This document shows, piece after piece, positions 26,975-42,070 of a stretch of DNA of 64,000 bases. This DNA comes from Octopus vulgaris (taxonomy: Eukaryota). The stretch spans positions 72,664,001-72,728,000 of the forward strand of contig OX597825.1 in assembly GCA_951406725.2 (NCBI GenBank), written 5' to 3'. The position numbers and the translations under genes were made by a program. The stretch's first letter is position 1; each line of letters begins with the position of its first letter. A model generated the notes under the pieces. That model ran no database searches and was not told the origin of the DNA. It saw only the letters and a program-made list of their open reading frames with translations.

Positions 26975-27240
26975 TACCTTCTGTGGAGTTGGGTACCTTT
27001 CGTGGAGTCAGGTACCTTTAATAGAGTTGGGTACCTTTAATGGAGTTGGGTATTTTTAGTGGAATTGGGTACATTTCGTCGAGTTGAGTACCTGTCGTGG
27101 AGTTGGGTACATTTTGTGGAGTTGGCTACCTTTCTTGGAGTTGGATACCTGTCGTGGAGTTAGGTACCTTTAGTGAAGTTGGGTACCTGTCGTGGAGTTA
27201 GGTACCTTTGTGGAGTTGGGTATCTTTACTGGAATTGGAT
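26975..27240. repeat. ~20-bp minisatellite (GTGGAGTTGGGTACCTTTC-like), about 13 copies
   Basis: Direct inspection of tandem units. Confidence 0.9.
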
Positions 27241-28624
27241 ATTTTTACCGTGTTGCAAGCATTCGGACCAACCTTCTTTCCCTCCTTTCTTACTCCAGTT
27301 TTGGAGCTCCTGGAAAAGAATACGGGATCGTGGGACGCACCTCTTCCTTCCCTGACAAAATTGTTAAAAAAAGCAAAACGTTGCATGGTAATTTTGTTGA
27401 GTATTTCCATGGTTTGACGACCCCGAGTTCAATCTTGGATACAGGTATGACTGCTTCGCTCATATTGGACTTCTTTGAATACCAAAGTGTATAAAAACGA
27501 TAGACTAGGATATCTCAACGAATGCGCTTTTTGTGTGGTAGTTTGACCATTTAGATATAACAGCTGAATATCCCTTACTCTACTATCTTTTAAAAAAGAC
27601 TCATTAAATAATATTGTCCGGGGTGCATTACAGCCCACAACCAACACCACCAACGTCAAGAGAAAAAAACAAAGATAAATAGGTTCATGACTAGAACACT
27701 TTTATCTCAGTTCTGATGGATTAGAAAAATAACAGCATAAACAACTCTAACCTTGAGTTCGCATACATTAATTAGAGCACTATGGATTCAAGCGACTTGG
27801 CGCAAGTTACAGAATTTGTAGGCATTTATATCTTATACTGCATCAATATAGAGTTCCATGAAAAAAGGGCGGCCTCTACAGAGACGACGCTTTGCTCACG
27901 TTTTATAAATGTATGAGTGAAAAGAAATAAAAAGAAACGTACAAATTTTTTTTTAACTTACCACCCTTCATCTCATTGGGGAAGAACAATAGCGTAGTAA
28001 ATTTTCTGGGCATTATATAAGACCTTAGTACTGGAGTTTATCATCTTTAGCATAAGCTTGATGAAAACCCCCAATATATCAATAGAAAATTTAAATATCC
28101 TAGAGCAGTAATTAATTTGCTAATTTGGAGTATCTTCCTTAGAATATCTGGATTCACAGCTAGCAAAAAGATTTTCTATCTACACCCAAAATATTACTTT
28201 AATACCTCTTTGGCTAAGGTGGGATACACTGAAAAAATTGGGTATATTCCTGAGGTGGATAACGGGAAGGTACCGAAGTGCGGTAGAATACATGCACCGG
28301 TACTTGATGCATCGATCCCCGAAAGGATGAAAGGCAAAATCGACCTCGGCAGCATTTGAACTCAAAATGGAAAGCATTTTTCCCAGCATGCTAACGATTC
28401 TGTCTACTCATCGCCTTAATAATAACAATAATAATCCAGGGGACATCGACCCCAGTGTTTCACTGGTACTAAATTTATCGACCCCGAAGGAATGAAAGAC
28501 AAAGTCGACCTCAGCGGAATTTGAACTCAGAACGTAACGGCTGACTAAATACCACAAAGCATTTCACCTGGTGCTCTAACGATTCTGCCAGGTCGCCGCT
28601 TTAATAATAACAATAATGACAATA

Positions 28625-29260
28625 ATGATTTCTTTATTAACCACAAAGCATTTACATAAAGATGCATTATGGACGACACAGAACAAATAAAATATGGGGT
28701 TACATGAAAGCCGTGTAAACAATGAAAAACAAATACATTAATCGAATATAAGAACAAAACTCCCCAAAAGAGGGAGACCTCCTAGAACTGCCCGTGAAAA
28801 TCCCGCAAGTCCACAACAGTCATGACCACCAGGGTGAATGCCTTTACCGATTGGTCTACAGGTTCCGATAGGTAACCATTCACCCGAACTACCGATGTCG
28901 CTGTACATTACTGCGATCCAGCCACGGAAAACGGGACCGAAACCGGCTGCCGTGAGGACGGCTGCCAAGTGTTGGTAGGCAGCCCTATCAAAGGCTTTAG
29001 ACTCATCCAAATTGATCAACGCTCCACCTGTGCCAGCTTCATTCCCCACACTGTCTATGATGTGTCGCATGAGGTGGAAGTTGTTGTGGATGGATCTGCT
29101 TGGGATGGCGCATGTTTGCACATCATCTATCAGTTCCTCGACCACAATCGCCAACCTTTTCGCTAGGACATTGGCCAAAATGTTGAAGTCTGCACAGAGC
29201 AGCGTTATGAGCCAAAAATGTTCTATTTAACCTTCCACCCTTGTTTGGATCCGTTCTCAG
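28625..29260 (-). mobile_element. Tx1/L1-like LINE: reverse transcriptase fragment joined to a 3' UTR (internally deleted)
   Basis: ITLLCADFNILANVLAKRL...QTCAIPSRSIHNNFHLMRHII...ALINLDESKAFDR...GFGPVFRGWIAVMY are L1/Tx1 RT motifs; ends TTGTGGTTAATAAAGAAAT followed by ATT-like repeats. Confidence 0.85.
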
Positions 29261-29761
29261 CAGTGCCACCACTCTCCGGCTCACAAAACTATGAATTCTC
29301 CTATTCTGCTGTCGGTTGCACTAGAGGTTACCAAACGAGTCTGGCATATAATAGTAAAGCTCGTAAGGCATACCATCCAAACCAGGCAATTTGCCCGCCG
29401 TTGCAGCCTATCATCGCAGCCCGTATTTCTGCCGCTGCTGTCGGCATTTCGCAACGCATCGTCCACCTGACAAGAGTTATGGTATGCCATCGAAGTAAGC
29501 ACTAAATACTTCCCGCACTAATACTAGGGGGGAAAAAAGTTAAAGTCGAAGAGAAACAATGAAAATAAATGTTTGTTTCATGGTGGTGGGGGTGGGGGTG
29601 CAGGCGTGGTTGTGAGGTTAAGAAGTTCGTTTTACAACCAAGTAGTTTCAGGATCAGTCCCACTGTCCGCATCTTAGTGAAGCGTCTTCTACTATAGGCC
29701 TGGACTAATCAATGCATTTGAATTTGATAGACGGAACCTGATCGAAATCCCGCCGGATATG

Positions 29762-29796
<35 letters not shown>

Positions 29797-29803
<7 letters not shown>

Positions 29804-29914
29804 ATCACGTGACCGACCAGGCTATCAGATGTTGCTACATATCACTGGTCACAATGCGCTTTGCTTGTGTTTAGCCTTCAAATGACGCCACCCCGCTGGC
29901 TAAGCGAGCAGGCC

Positions 29915-29915
<1 letters not shown>
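29797..29915 (-). mobile_element. 5'-truncated family C tail-Z fragment inside (TA)n
   Basis: Reverse complement of about 32822-32942; (TA)n on both sides. Confidence 0.85.
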
Positions 29916-30000
<85 letters not shown>

Positions 30001-30114
30001 GTTTTATTTTAAGATTTCTTGCCAATAGAGAAAGAGCCGGTTTGTAACCTAGAACCAAGGCTCCGTCATTGGAATTTCAACATCAACAACAGGGTATTTT
30101 TGTATGTATGTATG

Positions 30115-30148
<34 letters not shown>

Positions 30149-30829
30149 TGTATGTATGTATGTATGTATGTATGTATGTATGTATGTATGTATGCGTTTG
30201 TGTTTGTCTTCCACCATCGCTCAACAACGAGTAACGGGTGTTAGTTTGGTTACATCCTTGTAATATAACTCTTCCGCTCGAAGAGACCAATGGAATAAAT
30301 TACTAGACTTTAAATAAGTACTGGACTCCATTTGCTTCACAAACCTCCTCAGGGAAGTATCCCAGACTGACCACAGTCTATTGAGTGAAACAAGTAAAAG
30401 ATGAAGCATCTAATTCGTTAGATACTTACCCTTAGAGTCGATACACTAAAATAAATTACCGGTCAATACTGAAATCGATATCAGCCACTAATTCCTCTAC
30501 CTACGAATTCTGGCCTTACGCAAATATTACAGGGGAGATAACCTATACATTTGTTATTAGAGTTACGTCGCTTGACGAAGTAGCGTTACGTTGATCTATT
30601 GCTGCTAGGTTAGCGACCGTCAGTGCTGTTTATACAGAATAATGATCAGGGTTTTTATAGATTTATTATTATATTTGGGGTCACATTAGCGTATCGCGCC
30701 CTTTCTTTCTGTGATGGAGTAAGTTCTTCGATCTGCAGAAATGACCGAGAAATCTGAGTAACTCCAAACGGGACAGTGTCTCTAGAAATAATTGGCTAAT
30801 GTTTAGTTTTTCTCAAGTCACTATTTTTT

Positions 30830-31085
30830 TTTTATTCTTTTGGTTCAGTCATTAGACTGCGGCCATGCTGGAGCGCCGCCTTGAAGAATTTCACTCAAAC
30901 GAATTGACCTCAGTACTTTTTTTTGTTTGTTCTTTATTTAAACATGGTAGTAATACTGTTGGCCCCATTTGCGGAACCGCTAAGTTACAGGTACATAAAA
31001 ACGTCAACAACGGTTGAGAAGCGGTGGTGGGGAACAAATAATATATATATATATATACACGACGGGCTTCTTTATTATGTCTATA

Positions 31086-31123
<38 letters not shown>

Positions 31124-31332
31124 TGTGTCTGTGTTTGTCCCCCCAACATTGCTTGACAACCGATGCTGTTGTGTTTACGACCCCGTAACTTAGCGGTTCG
31201 GCAAAAGAGACCGATAGAATAAGTACTAGGCTTACAAAGAATAAGTCCCGGGGCCGATTTGCTCGACTAAAGGCGGTGCTCCAGCATGGCCACAGTCAAA
31301 TGACTGAAACAAGTAAAAGAGTAAAAGAGTAA
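30830..31332. mobile_element. oppositely oriented SINE A 3' halves
   Basis: Diverged minus copy 30830-31080 and plus copy 31120-31332. Confidence 0.75.
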
Positions 31333-31336
31333 AGGG

Positions 31337-32100
<764 letters not shown>

Positions 32101-32554
32101 CGCACAAACACACATTACAGGTCTTCATACACGCAAGCATAGATTCATATTAGGTTGAAAAGAAACTCCTGCATTTGAGGGTACCTTTTCAATACATACG
32201 ATAAAATAAGCACTAAATTTTACATTCTTTTATGGAATTTTTCTTTCTTTCTTTACAGGTCACTTTGTACCAGCCATGGACAAACTGCGGCTCGCAGTAC
32301 TTTCTCAACCTCATGCCAATCAAAAGATTACCCCGAATGCATTTTTTTAGTGGTACGGCCCGCCTGAAGATGAGCTATGCTTCATGCGGCCCACCTCTCA
32401 AGAAAGGTTGGCCCTCCCAGCTTTAAACTATTGTAGTTAAATACTTGTCGGTGTTTCTCTTTTTAAAATTTTAGATCAAATCCTACTGATTTCGCATGAA
32501 TATCTTCCAAATTTTCTACCTAGATTGACTTCCAATTTATACATTATATATGCG

Positions 32555-32631
<77 letters not shown>

Positions 32632-32635
<4 letters not shown>

Positions 32636-32942
32636 AGGCGCAATTGCCCAGTCTTTTGGGCAGCGGACTCGCGGTCGTAGGATCGTGGTTTCGATTCCCT
32701 GACCGGGCGTTGTGAGTGTTTATTGAGCGAAAACACTTAAAGTTCCACGACCCTCTGGCAGGATGGAGGGCGAGGTTGCGATCCATGCTGTACTCTTTCG
32801 CCACATCTTTCATTCTTCTGTTGGTCTGCTCGCTTAGCCAGCGGGGTGGCGTCATTTGAAGGCTAAAACAATGCGAAGCGCATTGTGACCAGCGATGTGT
32901 AGCAACATCTGATAGCCTGGTCGGTCACGGTGATCACGGTGA
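32632..32942 (+). mobile_element. SINE family C, tail type Z
   Basis: Family C head, then a tail ending GGTCACGGTGATCACGGTGA; lies between (TG)n and (TA)n. Confidence 0.85.
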
Positions 32943-32954
32943 TATATATATATA

Positions 32955-33183
32955 TTTCTTTACTGCCCACAAGGGGCTAAACGTAGAGGGGAGAAACAAG
33001 GACAGACAAACGGATTAAGTCGATTACATTGACCCCAGTGCGTAACTGGTACTTAATTTATCGACCCCGAAAGGATTAAAGGCAAAATCGACCTCGGCGG
33101 AATTTGAACTCAGAACGTAACGGCAGACGAAATACCGCTAAGCATTTCGCCCGGCGTAATAACGTTTCTGCCAGCTCGCCGCC
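32955..33183 (-). mobile_element. SINE family B1 monomer
   Basis: Full-length match to 19209-19438. Confidence 0.9.
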
Positions 33184-33192
33184 CTATATATA

Positions 33193-33236
<44 letters not shown>

Positions 33237-34399
33237 CAGCATACTATCTTTTTAACATATACTATATACAATTAAAGAAGAAAAGATGGAGAAAAAAATA
33301 CGACGTTCTAACTGCAGGGGGAATAAATCATGAAATCGTATCAAATCTAAGGGAACTAACTGATATCAGTAACGACTTCGTTTTTTGCTGTTTTTTAACT
33401 TCATTTATTCATTTATTCTAGAAATGGATGGCAGGCGGTGAATTTATCTGAGCCAATAAAACCTTGGATTAAATTTGTTGCTGTATTGGTTCTTGTTCCC
33501 CTCGCTCTGGGTTTAACTTCCACTGGGATCCATTTTATATTTCATCGTCTTAAATTGGTTTACCACTTTTTTTTACTGTCTACACAGGCAGGTAGCCATG
33601 GGGTGGAGGCTATGGGGTGCTCAGCACACCCAGTTAGAATCTCAGCCCCTCCCCCCTCTCGCCAGTATGAGAATTTGTTTTATCTACTTTTCGCATAAGC
33701 AATATCTGAAGTCGCTAAAGGTGCAATAAATTGAATTTCTTTTGATTTAGTTGTTAGTGATATGAAAATGTGGGTAAATTAGAGCTGGTCAAAGTGTTTG
33801 TTGTCTCAGAATTGGCTGCTGACCCAGTCATCAACTGTGGGTTGAATTAAGGAGTGGGTGATGCTGGGTCAGTTGTTGTGGTGCTCATGGTGGCAACAGC
33901 AGGGCTGGTGATTGTCCTAGTTGCTGTTGATAAGTATGTGAAGAATTGTTGCTGTAGTTATGGGTTTCTGGTAGTAAACGTATCACTACACACGTGATGA
34001 ATAGAGACGGACATTAATTAAAAAGTTATTTTATTTCTACGAGTCAGAGAAGATTATTATTATTCACGAAAAAGAAAAGAAAATTTTTGAAATTTCCCAA
34101 AATATACATTCAGAAAGGATTTTTCAGGTGAGAACTTTTACTGAATAATTTTTCTTACTCTTTGAACAAAGTTTATACTGAAATTATTTTGTGTTTAACT
34201 AAAAAAAAAAAAGCATAACTTTGAAGAAATTGAAAAAAAAGATTGCTTGAACTGAAATCTCTTACAAGTTTAGTTTTAAAATACATAAATTTTAAGAAAT
34301 TGTTGCTCCTACTACGATATTATACCTTAGAATTAATTATTGCGAATATCAGCGCCCAAAAATAAGGAATCATTACTGAAAAAGGGAACTGAAGCAATC

Positions 34400-34780
34400 A
34401 TTTCTGAATTTCCAATCTGATTCATCTAATAATGCTAAACAGAAGAGAATTGCAAACGAAGTTTCGCAGCTCAAGGGAGGTCTTGCAAGGTCTTTGACAC
34501 CCTCATTGGATGATCTAGGACAGGTCGACTGCCAACCAGTGCAGCCAGTTCTAGCAAAGTTTGCTCCAAAAATTTTTATGGAAATCAGAGACGTGACTTC
34601 TCGTCAAGCTGGTATACTGGTCGTTTATGGTTAGAGTATTCTCTTTCAAAGATAGCCTTGTTTTGTTTTGCTTGTCAGCACTTTAATACTTCTGCTCAAA
34701 CTGGTACTTGTTCTATTAAAGATGGATATTCTAATAGGCATCATGCAAAAGAAAAAAAAAACAAAGGTTTACACTCTGCA
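34400..34780 (+). pseudogene. hAT transposase fossil (TTF-type zinc finger, ZMYM1/Tip100-like)
   Basis: DDLGQVDCQPVQPVLAKFAPK / YGNQRRDFSSSWYTGRLWLEYSLSKIALFCFACQHF...DGYSNRHHAKEK with one frameshift; WLEYSxxxxxxFCFxC is the TTF-finger signature; possible element end near 33585-33650. Confidence 0.75.
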
Positions 34781-37139
34781 TTCCGCCAACAGCGTTTATC
34801 CACAACAATATCCGTGTCTTCAATCTTGCAAAATAATCAGTTGAGCAAAAGCCGTTATTATATCAGTTCCAATGTACACAAAAAAAGTACAAAAATAAAA
34901 GAAGCCACCTACAATAAATGAATATTTTATCAAATAACAAGTATGTAATCTTTGTAACAATAAGAAGTTCTGAACCTTGGATCCATTTTATTCAGCAAAT
35001 TCTAAGTGTATATAAATATCAATATCATATAGTTTGGGCTGCAAATGGAAGGATCATTTTAAGAAACATTCATTTTGATCTCTGCATTAAGATAATTGTT
35101 TTATGTATTTATTTTTGTTCGTCATTTGTGAAGTGTTGAATCAGAATGCTGTTATTTTTCAGCCATACAACGGTTGGATTTTTTGGATGAAAATACAGTA
35201 TGGTGTTTGTCTTCAAGCTATTAACTAAAAAACTACATCATGTGATTGTTATTTCTATATTACTGAGACAGGAAAGGAGGCAGTGTTTATTTTCTCTCTA
35301 GACCTGAAGAGTGACTATACTGCGTATATCCGCCCTTTTCAAACGTATTCAGTTTACCCTATATTATTTATTCCCATACTATATGCAGATGTTATTTTTG
35401 GTTAGATATTCTTGCCTGTCAGATACTTACCATCAAGTACGCTACACATAATATTGCTGCAGTTAAATTTCGATCATTCATTTGATTTCCTCCATGTGAT
35501 AGTAACTTAGAATTAGATATTAAAATCATACAACTATAGCTAACTTTTACAGTATTCTTATTAAAGTGCTTGATATTTATATCTAATTAGGCGATTTTAT
35601 CAATAACATAAATTTCCAAGCTATCTTAGCCATTACATCTATACTAAAAAGCTGATCAAACCAAATGATATTATTATAGGCTTTTTTCTAATACAGCATC
35701 ATAAAAGTGCATAATGTGATAAAGCGTTTTAAGCCAGTGGATAAATTCGATATTCTCCAAATTTCTGACCTAGATGTTTGTTTTCTTTTTATGAGTGAGC
35801 AGTCTTGTCATTTTAAGTTGTCACATAAAAAAAAAATACAAAATTATAATTAAAGCAACAAAAGACACCTTGTGTGGTATTTTAACGAGGTACTAAGACC
35901 TCTAATTTATTTCACAGTGAAGATAAGAAATTTGACCTTCCGATATTTTACAGAAATCAGATGAAAAAAAGTTAAAACGTGTGGCACTTTGGTTTCAGTT
36001 TAGTTTAGTAATAAATAAATAAAAATTTAAAATAAAAACAAAGAAATGTGTTTCAAGAGCCTCCTTGGCGGACTAAGAAGGCTTGGTGCTGAGTTCAGAT
36101 TTTATTACATTTCATAAACGAGAAATATATTTACACCTCTGGATGGGTCGCTAGTCAACATCTGCTAATTTCACCAGACAATACCAACCAGCTGTTCCTG
36201 CCCAAATGCTCAATAAAGTGTGCTACAGTGGATTCATAAACTTAAGACTTGTGACGTGCTGATAGTCTAAATGCTTTATCCACTATGCGTCTTAATTTTT
36301 ATATATAGATATATTTTGTTGGGTTTTGTTTTTTTTACATATATTTGCCTTGATATATGATGGAAAATGTCACGGATATTTTGCATGGAAACAAATCATA
36401 AAACACAGACATTGCATGAATAATTAACAAGTAATTTCAGTTCTCTTCTTCTTGATGGCGAGTAGTGCCTTATAAAACACATCTGAAGGGGACAATTACA
36501 TTGCTGGAATAAGAGTCGACTGGATAAACGTCAAGAATCAACTCGCAACAGATCGTTCTGTTAAAAGTGATGAGATTATTGTTAATGAGTGAGCGAGCAG
36601 AGCATGCCATCAAAGTGACACTGGGACAAAATATACGAAGCCCAGTATACCCATCAGGACTACCCGTCTCATAAGGGTACACCAGGCACATGCATCACAA
36701 CAATATATGCACGACATGGTGATCTCATATCAAGATAAACAGCATGACCTTGCAGGTGGGGTCCAGTTAGAATTTTCTTCAGGTTGAGTAGCCCATCTCG
36801 CTCAAAAGGTCCCTGAATAAGCATTCTTTAAGGCTGTTGAACAAAACACCCATGTTTCCAAAGGTGTTTTATCCAAACCCCAAAGAATCCCTCTCAACAC
36901 ATGGCTATGATGCTCTCCCACTACTTCTGCTCGTGATCAAAGATGCACTTATCGTCAGCCACTAAGGGACATGCTCAACTGGTTAAGGTCAAACAACTGA
37001 CAAGCAGATCTGTGGTATTGAGCAAAATATTTGCTGTAAGCCCATCTTCTATTATTATTATTATTGCTACTCTTACTATTACTAGAGGGTGATGATGGAA
37101 TCGACGGAGCAACAGACTAAATATCTAGTGGTGTTAATA

Positions 37140-38700
37140 TTTTCCATTATAGATGCAAGGTCTAAAATTTGGGGTTAATGACTGCAGATAATTGTCACCT
37201 TCTTCCACTCCAGTACTTGACTGCTACTTCTTTTTATCGACCCTAGGAGAAGGAAAGGCAATGTTGTAGTAGTAGTAGTAGTAGTAATAGTAGTAGTAGT
37301 AGTTTCAATTTTTTTGCACGAGGACAGCAATTATAGGAATAGGGTTTAAGTCGATTATATTGACCCTTATGTTCCACTAGTACTTATTTCATCGATCCTA
37401 AGTGGATTGTCGACTTCAGCAGCATTTGAACCTGGAACGCAAAGCTAGAAGAAATGCTGTTGAACATGTTTTTTCCTCCAGCATTCTAACGATTCTGCCA
37501 GCTCGCTACCTTAATAATAAATTGGGAATTGTAAAGCAAAGATATAGACGAATGGTTGAAGGAGATTCGAATAGAATGCCCCGTAGAGTTTCTACAGAAA
37601 GTTCGCCTCTTCTATTAGGAACAGGAAAATATTATCTGGAGGGTTTTAAGCACTTGAAAGACCATTGAAATATTGTGGATACCTAAGGTTACAGGTAGCA
37701 ACCCGCTGCCCCTATGAATTCTACCAGGAATAAGAACGAACCTGAGTCAATTCAATGATAATAATAATAATAGTTTCAAATGTTGGCATATGGCCAGTAA
37801 TTTTGGGGAGAGGGTAGTTGATACCATATATCCCAGTATTTTACTGGTACATTATTTTACGGGTCCCAGAAAGGCAAAGTTGACAAAGGCAGGGTTCGAA
37901 CTTAGAATGTTTAAGAATCAGAAGAAATAATACTTCAAAGGCATTTTGTCCAATAATGTAGTGATTCCGCCAAGCAATGTTTCTGACAGGTACAAGACCA
38001 GAAACTTGGTTCTGAACGGCGGGCCGGGGTGGGGGGTGGAAGGAAAGCATAGGCACGAGGTTAGAAATTTAGGGGAAGGGATTACGTGATTAATTTGAAC
38101 CTAGAAATTACACAGGGATTTTATCAATCCTGGATCGATGAAAGGCAACGTAGTAGTAGTAGTAGTGGTGGTGGTGGTGGTGGAAGTTTCAAATTTTGGT
38201 ACAAGTGAGATTGCATCGACTCCAGCGTTCAGCTGCTACTCAATTTATCGGGCCCCGAACGGATGAAAGGCAAAAATTGACCTCAGTGGGCATTTGAACA
38301 TGGGATGCAAAGACGGGGCGAAATGCTGTCGAGCATTTTGTGCGACGCGCCAACATTTCTGCCAGCTCGCTACCTTAATAATAATAATAATAATAAATAA
38401 CAATAATATTAATAATCATAACAATAATAATAATAATAAATAATAATAATAATAATAATCATAATAATAATAATAATAATAATCATCATAATAATGATGA
38501 TAATCCTTTCTACTAAAGGTACAAGGCCTGAAATTTGGAGGGAGGAGACCAGATGATTTCATCGACCCCAGTGTTTCATTGGTATTTAATTTGTTGACCC
38601 CAAAAGGATGCAAAGCAAAGTCAATCACGGCGGGATTTGAACATAAAGACAGACGAAATGCTGCCGAGCATTTTGCCAGCTCATCACTTTGGTGGTGGTG

Positions 38701-38741
<41 letters not shown>

Positions 38742-38782
38742 AGTAGTAGTAGTGGGAGTAGTGGTGGTGGTAGTAGTAGTAA

Positions 38783-38846
<64 letters not shown>

Positions 38847-38913
38847 GGTGATGGTAGTAGTAGTAGTAGTAGTAGTAGTAGGAGGAGGAGGAGGAGGAGG
38901 AGGAGTGGTGGTG

Positions 38914-38948
<35 letters not shown>

Positions 38949-39120
38949 TTTCTACTGTAGGCACAAGGCCTGAAATTTTGGAGGAAGGGACTGGGGGTGA
39001 CATCTACCCCAGTATTCAACTGGTATTCATTTTTGTCGATCCCAGAGGAATGAAAAGTAAAGTCGACCTTGGTGCAATTTGAGCTCAGAACACAAAGACG
39101 GGTGGAATGCTAACCGCCTT
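37140..39120 (-). mobile_element. cluster of diverged SINE B2 copies separated by (TAG)n/(TAA)n/(TGG)n
   Basis: Roughly 7 co-oriented copies with CAAGGCCTGAAATTT...ATCGACCCC...GGATGAAAGGCAA motifs. Confidence 0.75.
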
Positions 39121-39219
39121 AATAACAACAACTATCAAAACCCTTTGTAACTTTCGTCCTGTGTTTTGTTCCTTTATGTTTTAATTAATTTTTGTCAGCC
39201 CTTGTGGCCAATAAAAGAA

Positions 39220-39750
<531 letters not shown>

Positions 39751-40032
39751 ACAGTAACAACAGGATTTAACATACAACGTTGTGTTTTTAAAGAGGTTAT
39801 GAAGCTGACGGTAAGAAAAATATCTGACCGATAGACTGAACAATTCATCTCCTTGAAACAAAGAATTTGGTCAAGATTGGTCAAGTATTGGCTAAAGGTC
39901 AACCAGATCTAAAACCAGTTATGTTTTGTGATGCTTTAATTTCCTGAAACTTCTCCAAGAAAAATGGGGGAAAAGTTCATTCACAAAGGCTGATTCAACT
40001 TACCGGTCTTCCAGAAAGCTGTTAAAGACTAA

Positions 40033-40417
40033 TGGAAGCACTCCGTCAGTTACGACGACGAGGGTTCCGGTTGATCCGAATCAACGGAACAGCCTGCTCG
40101 TGAAATTAACATGTAAGTGGCTGAGCACTCCACAGACACGTGTACCCTTAACGTAGCTCTCGGGGATATTCAGCGTGACACAGAGAGTGACAAGGCCGGC
40201 CCTTTGAAATACAGGTACAACAGAAACAGGAAGTAAGGGTGAGAGAAAGTTGTGGTGAAAGAGTACAGCAGGGATCCCCACCATCCCCTGCCGGAGCCTC
40301 GTGGAGCTTTTAGGTGTTTTCGCTCAATAAACACTCACAACGCCCGGTCTGGGAATCGAAACCGCAATCCTATGACCGCGAGTCCGCTGCCCTAACCACT
40401 GGGCCATTGCGCCTCCA
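40033..40417 (-). mobile_element. full-length SINE family C, tail type Y, with 14-bp TSD
   Basis: CTGTTAAAGACTAA at 40019-40032 and 40418-40431; A/B boxes in the head. Confidence 0.93.
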
Positions 40418-40692
40418 CTGTTAAAGACTAAAAGCTACAAGAGAAATGGAAGAATAAACCAAATAGAGTATCTTTCTTTTATCTTTAACTTGGTACAGTC
40501 ATTGGACTGCAGCCATGCTGGGGCATCACTTTGAACGGTTTAGTTGGATAAATCGACCATAATACTTAATTAAGCCTCATTACTTATTCTATCATTCCCT
40601 TTTGCCCCACAGCTCAGTTACGTAAACGAACACGAGTGATTAGAGTGGCAGCAAAATAGTTTTATACATATGTGTGCATATATCTATATATA

Positions 40693-41135
40693 TACTCTTT
40701 ACTCTTTTACTTGTTTCAGTCATTTGACTGTGGCCATGATGGAGCACCGCCTTTAGTCAAGCAAATCGACCCCAGGAAACCAGCCCTTGTGAGCCAGCAT
40801 AACTCGGGGAGGTAACCTTTACTTCTGCCTTTGCAAGCCTAGTACTTATTCTATCGGTCTCTTTTGCCGAACCGCTAAGTTACTGGGACGTAAACACACC
40901 AGCATAGGTTATCAAGCGATGTTGGAGAGACAAACACAGACACACAAACATATACACACACATACATATATACGACGGGCTTCTTTCAGTTTCCGTCTAC
41001 CAGATCCACTCACAAGGCTTTGGTCGGCCCGAGGCTACAGTAGAAGACACTTGCCCAAGGTGCCACGCAGTGGGACTGAACCTGGAACCATGTGGTTGGT
41101 AAGCAAGCTACTTAACACACAGGCACTCCTACGCC
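40693..41135 (-). mobile_element. SINE family A with a small foreign insert at about 40775-40830
   Basis: Family A match; the insert resembles the family C tail-X end (GGAAACCAGCCCTT). Confidence 0.85.
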
Positions 41136-41258
41136 TATATATATAGATATACACGTATATATATCCACACATGCATACATCTACACACATACATGCATCA
41201 TGTTATATACACACACACATTTACACAATCATGCATACACATTATATACATAAGTTGA

Positions 41259-41291
<33 letters not shown>

Positions 41292-41394
41292 GTGATCAGA
41301 TTCCAATGACACAGGTGTTGGTCTACAATGGTAAGGCTTATGTAATAAAATCGATTAAAAGAGTACAGTGAACTTTGCTGAGGGAAATATAAAA

Positions 41395-41427
41395 CCTGAC
41401 GTTTCGGACAGAATTTCTTCTTCAGGG
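41395..41427 (-). ncRNA. degenerate minimal hammerhead-like motif
   Basis: Minus strand reads CC-CTGAAGA-AGAAATTCTGTCC-GAAACGTC-AGG; core intact, stem II damaged. Confidence 0.35.
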
Positions 41428-41847
41428 AAAAGTTGAAAGGAGAGAAATGAATAAGAGACAGCAGAATTTTACATCCTTTAAGTTACAAAAAAGAACTAGC
41501 TGCAACTAGACCAAAAGATATATAAATATATATACATACATACATATATATATACATGAATAATGTAGACCTATATAATCGTTGTAATAACTGTGTATGG
41601 TATAGATTGTTGGACGGAGTGTATATTTTTGTAAGATTTTAGAAAATGGTTAAAACAATTAAACATTAATTATAAATGTGGAAACTTAATACAGAAGTTA
41701 GGTCACTCCCCAGCGTATTACTGGAGTCTCTGTGAATGACTGGCTAACAATATCCCCTCGTCCCACCCCGCCTGTCTCTCTCTATGTATTTCTCAGTTTC
41801 TTTCTTGAAGTGAATAATAGTGTATTTAGTCTAACAGCCTTACACTA

Positions 41848-42070
41848 AGGCGCATGGCTTAGTGGTTAGAGCGTCGAGCTTATGATCGTGAGGTTGTGAG
41901 TTCGAATCCCAGACTGGGCTGCGTGTTGTGTTCTTGATCAAGACACTTAATTTCACGTCGCTCCAGTTCACTCAGCTTTAGAAATAAGTTGCTATGTCAC
42001 AGGTGCCAAGCTGTATTGGCCCTTGCCTTTCCCCTGGATAACACTGGTGCTGTGGAGAGGGGAAGCCGAT
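41848..42070 (+). mobile_element. CORE-like SINE family D
   Basis: Matches 9635-9922. Confidence 0.8.

Noticed and set aside
27270-27660. Possible RT remnant on the minus strand (SLSFLYTLV)
   Set aside because: Too little motif support without a profile search.
36570-37050. GC-richer block that looks like another interspersed repeat
   Set aside because: Single copy in the window with no clear TSD, TIR or A/B boxes; cannot be classified.
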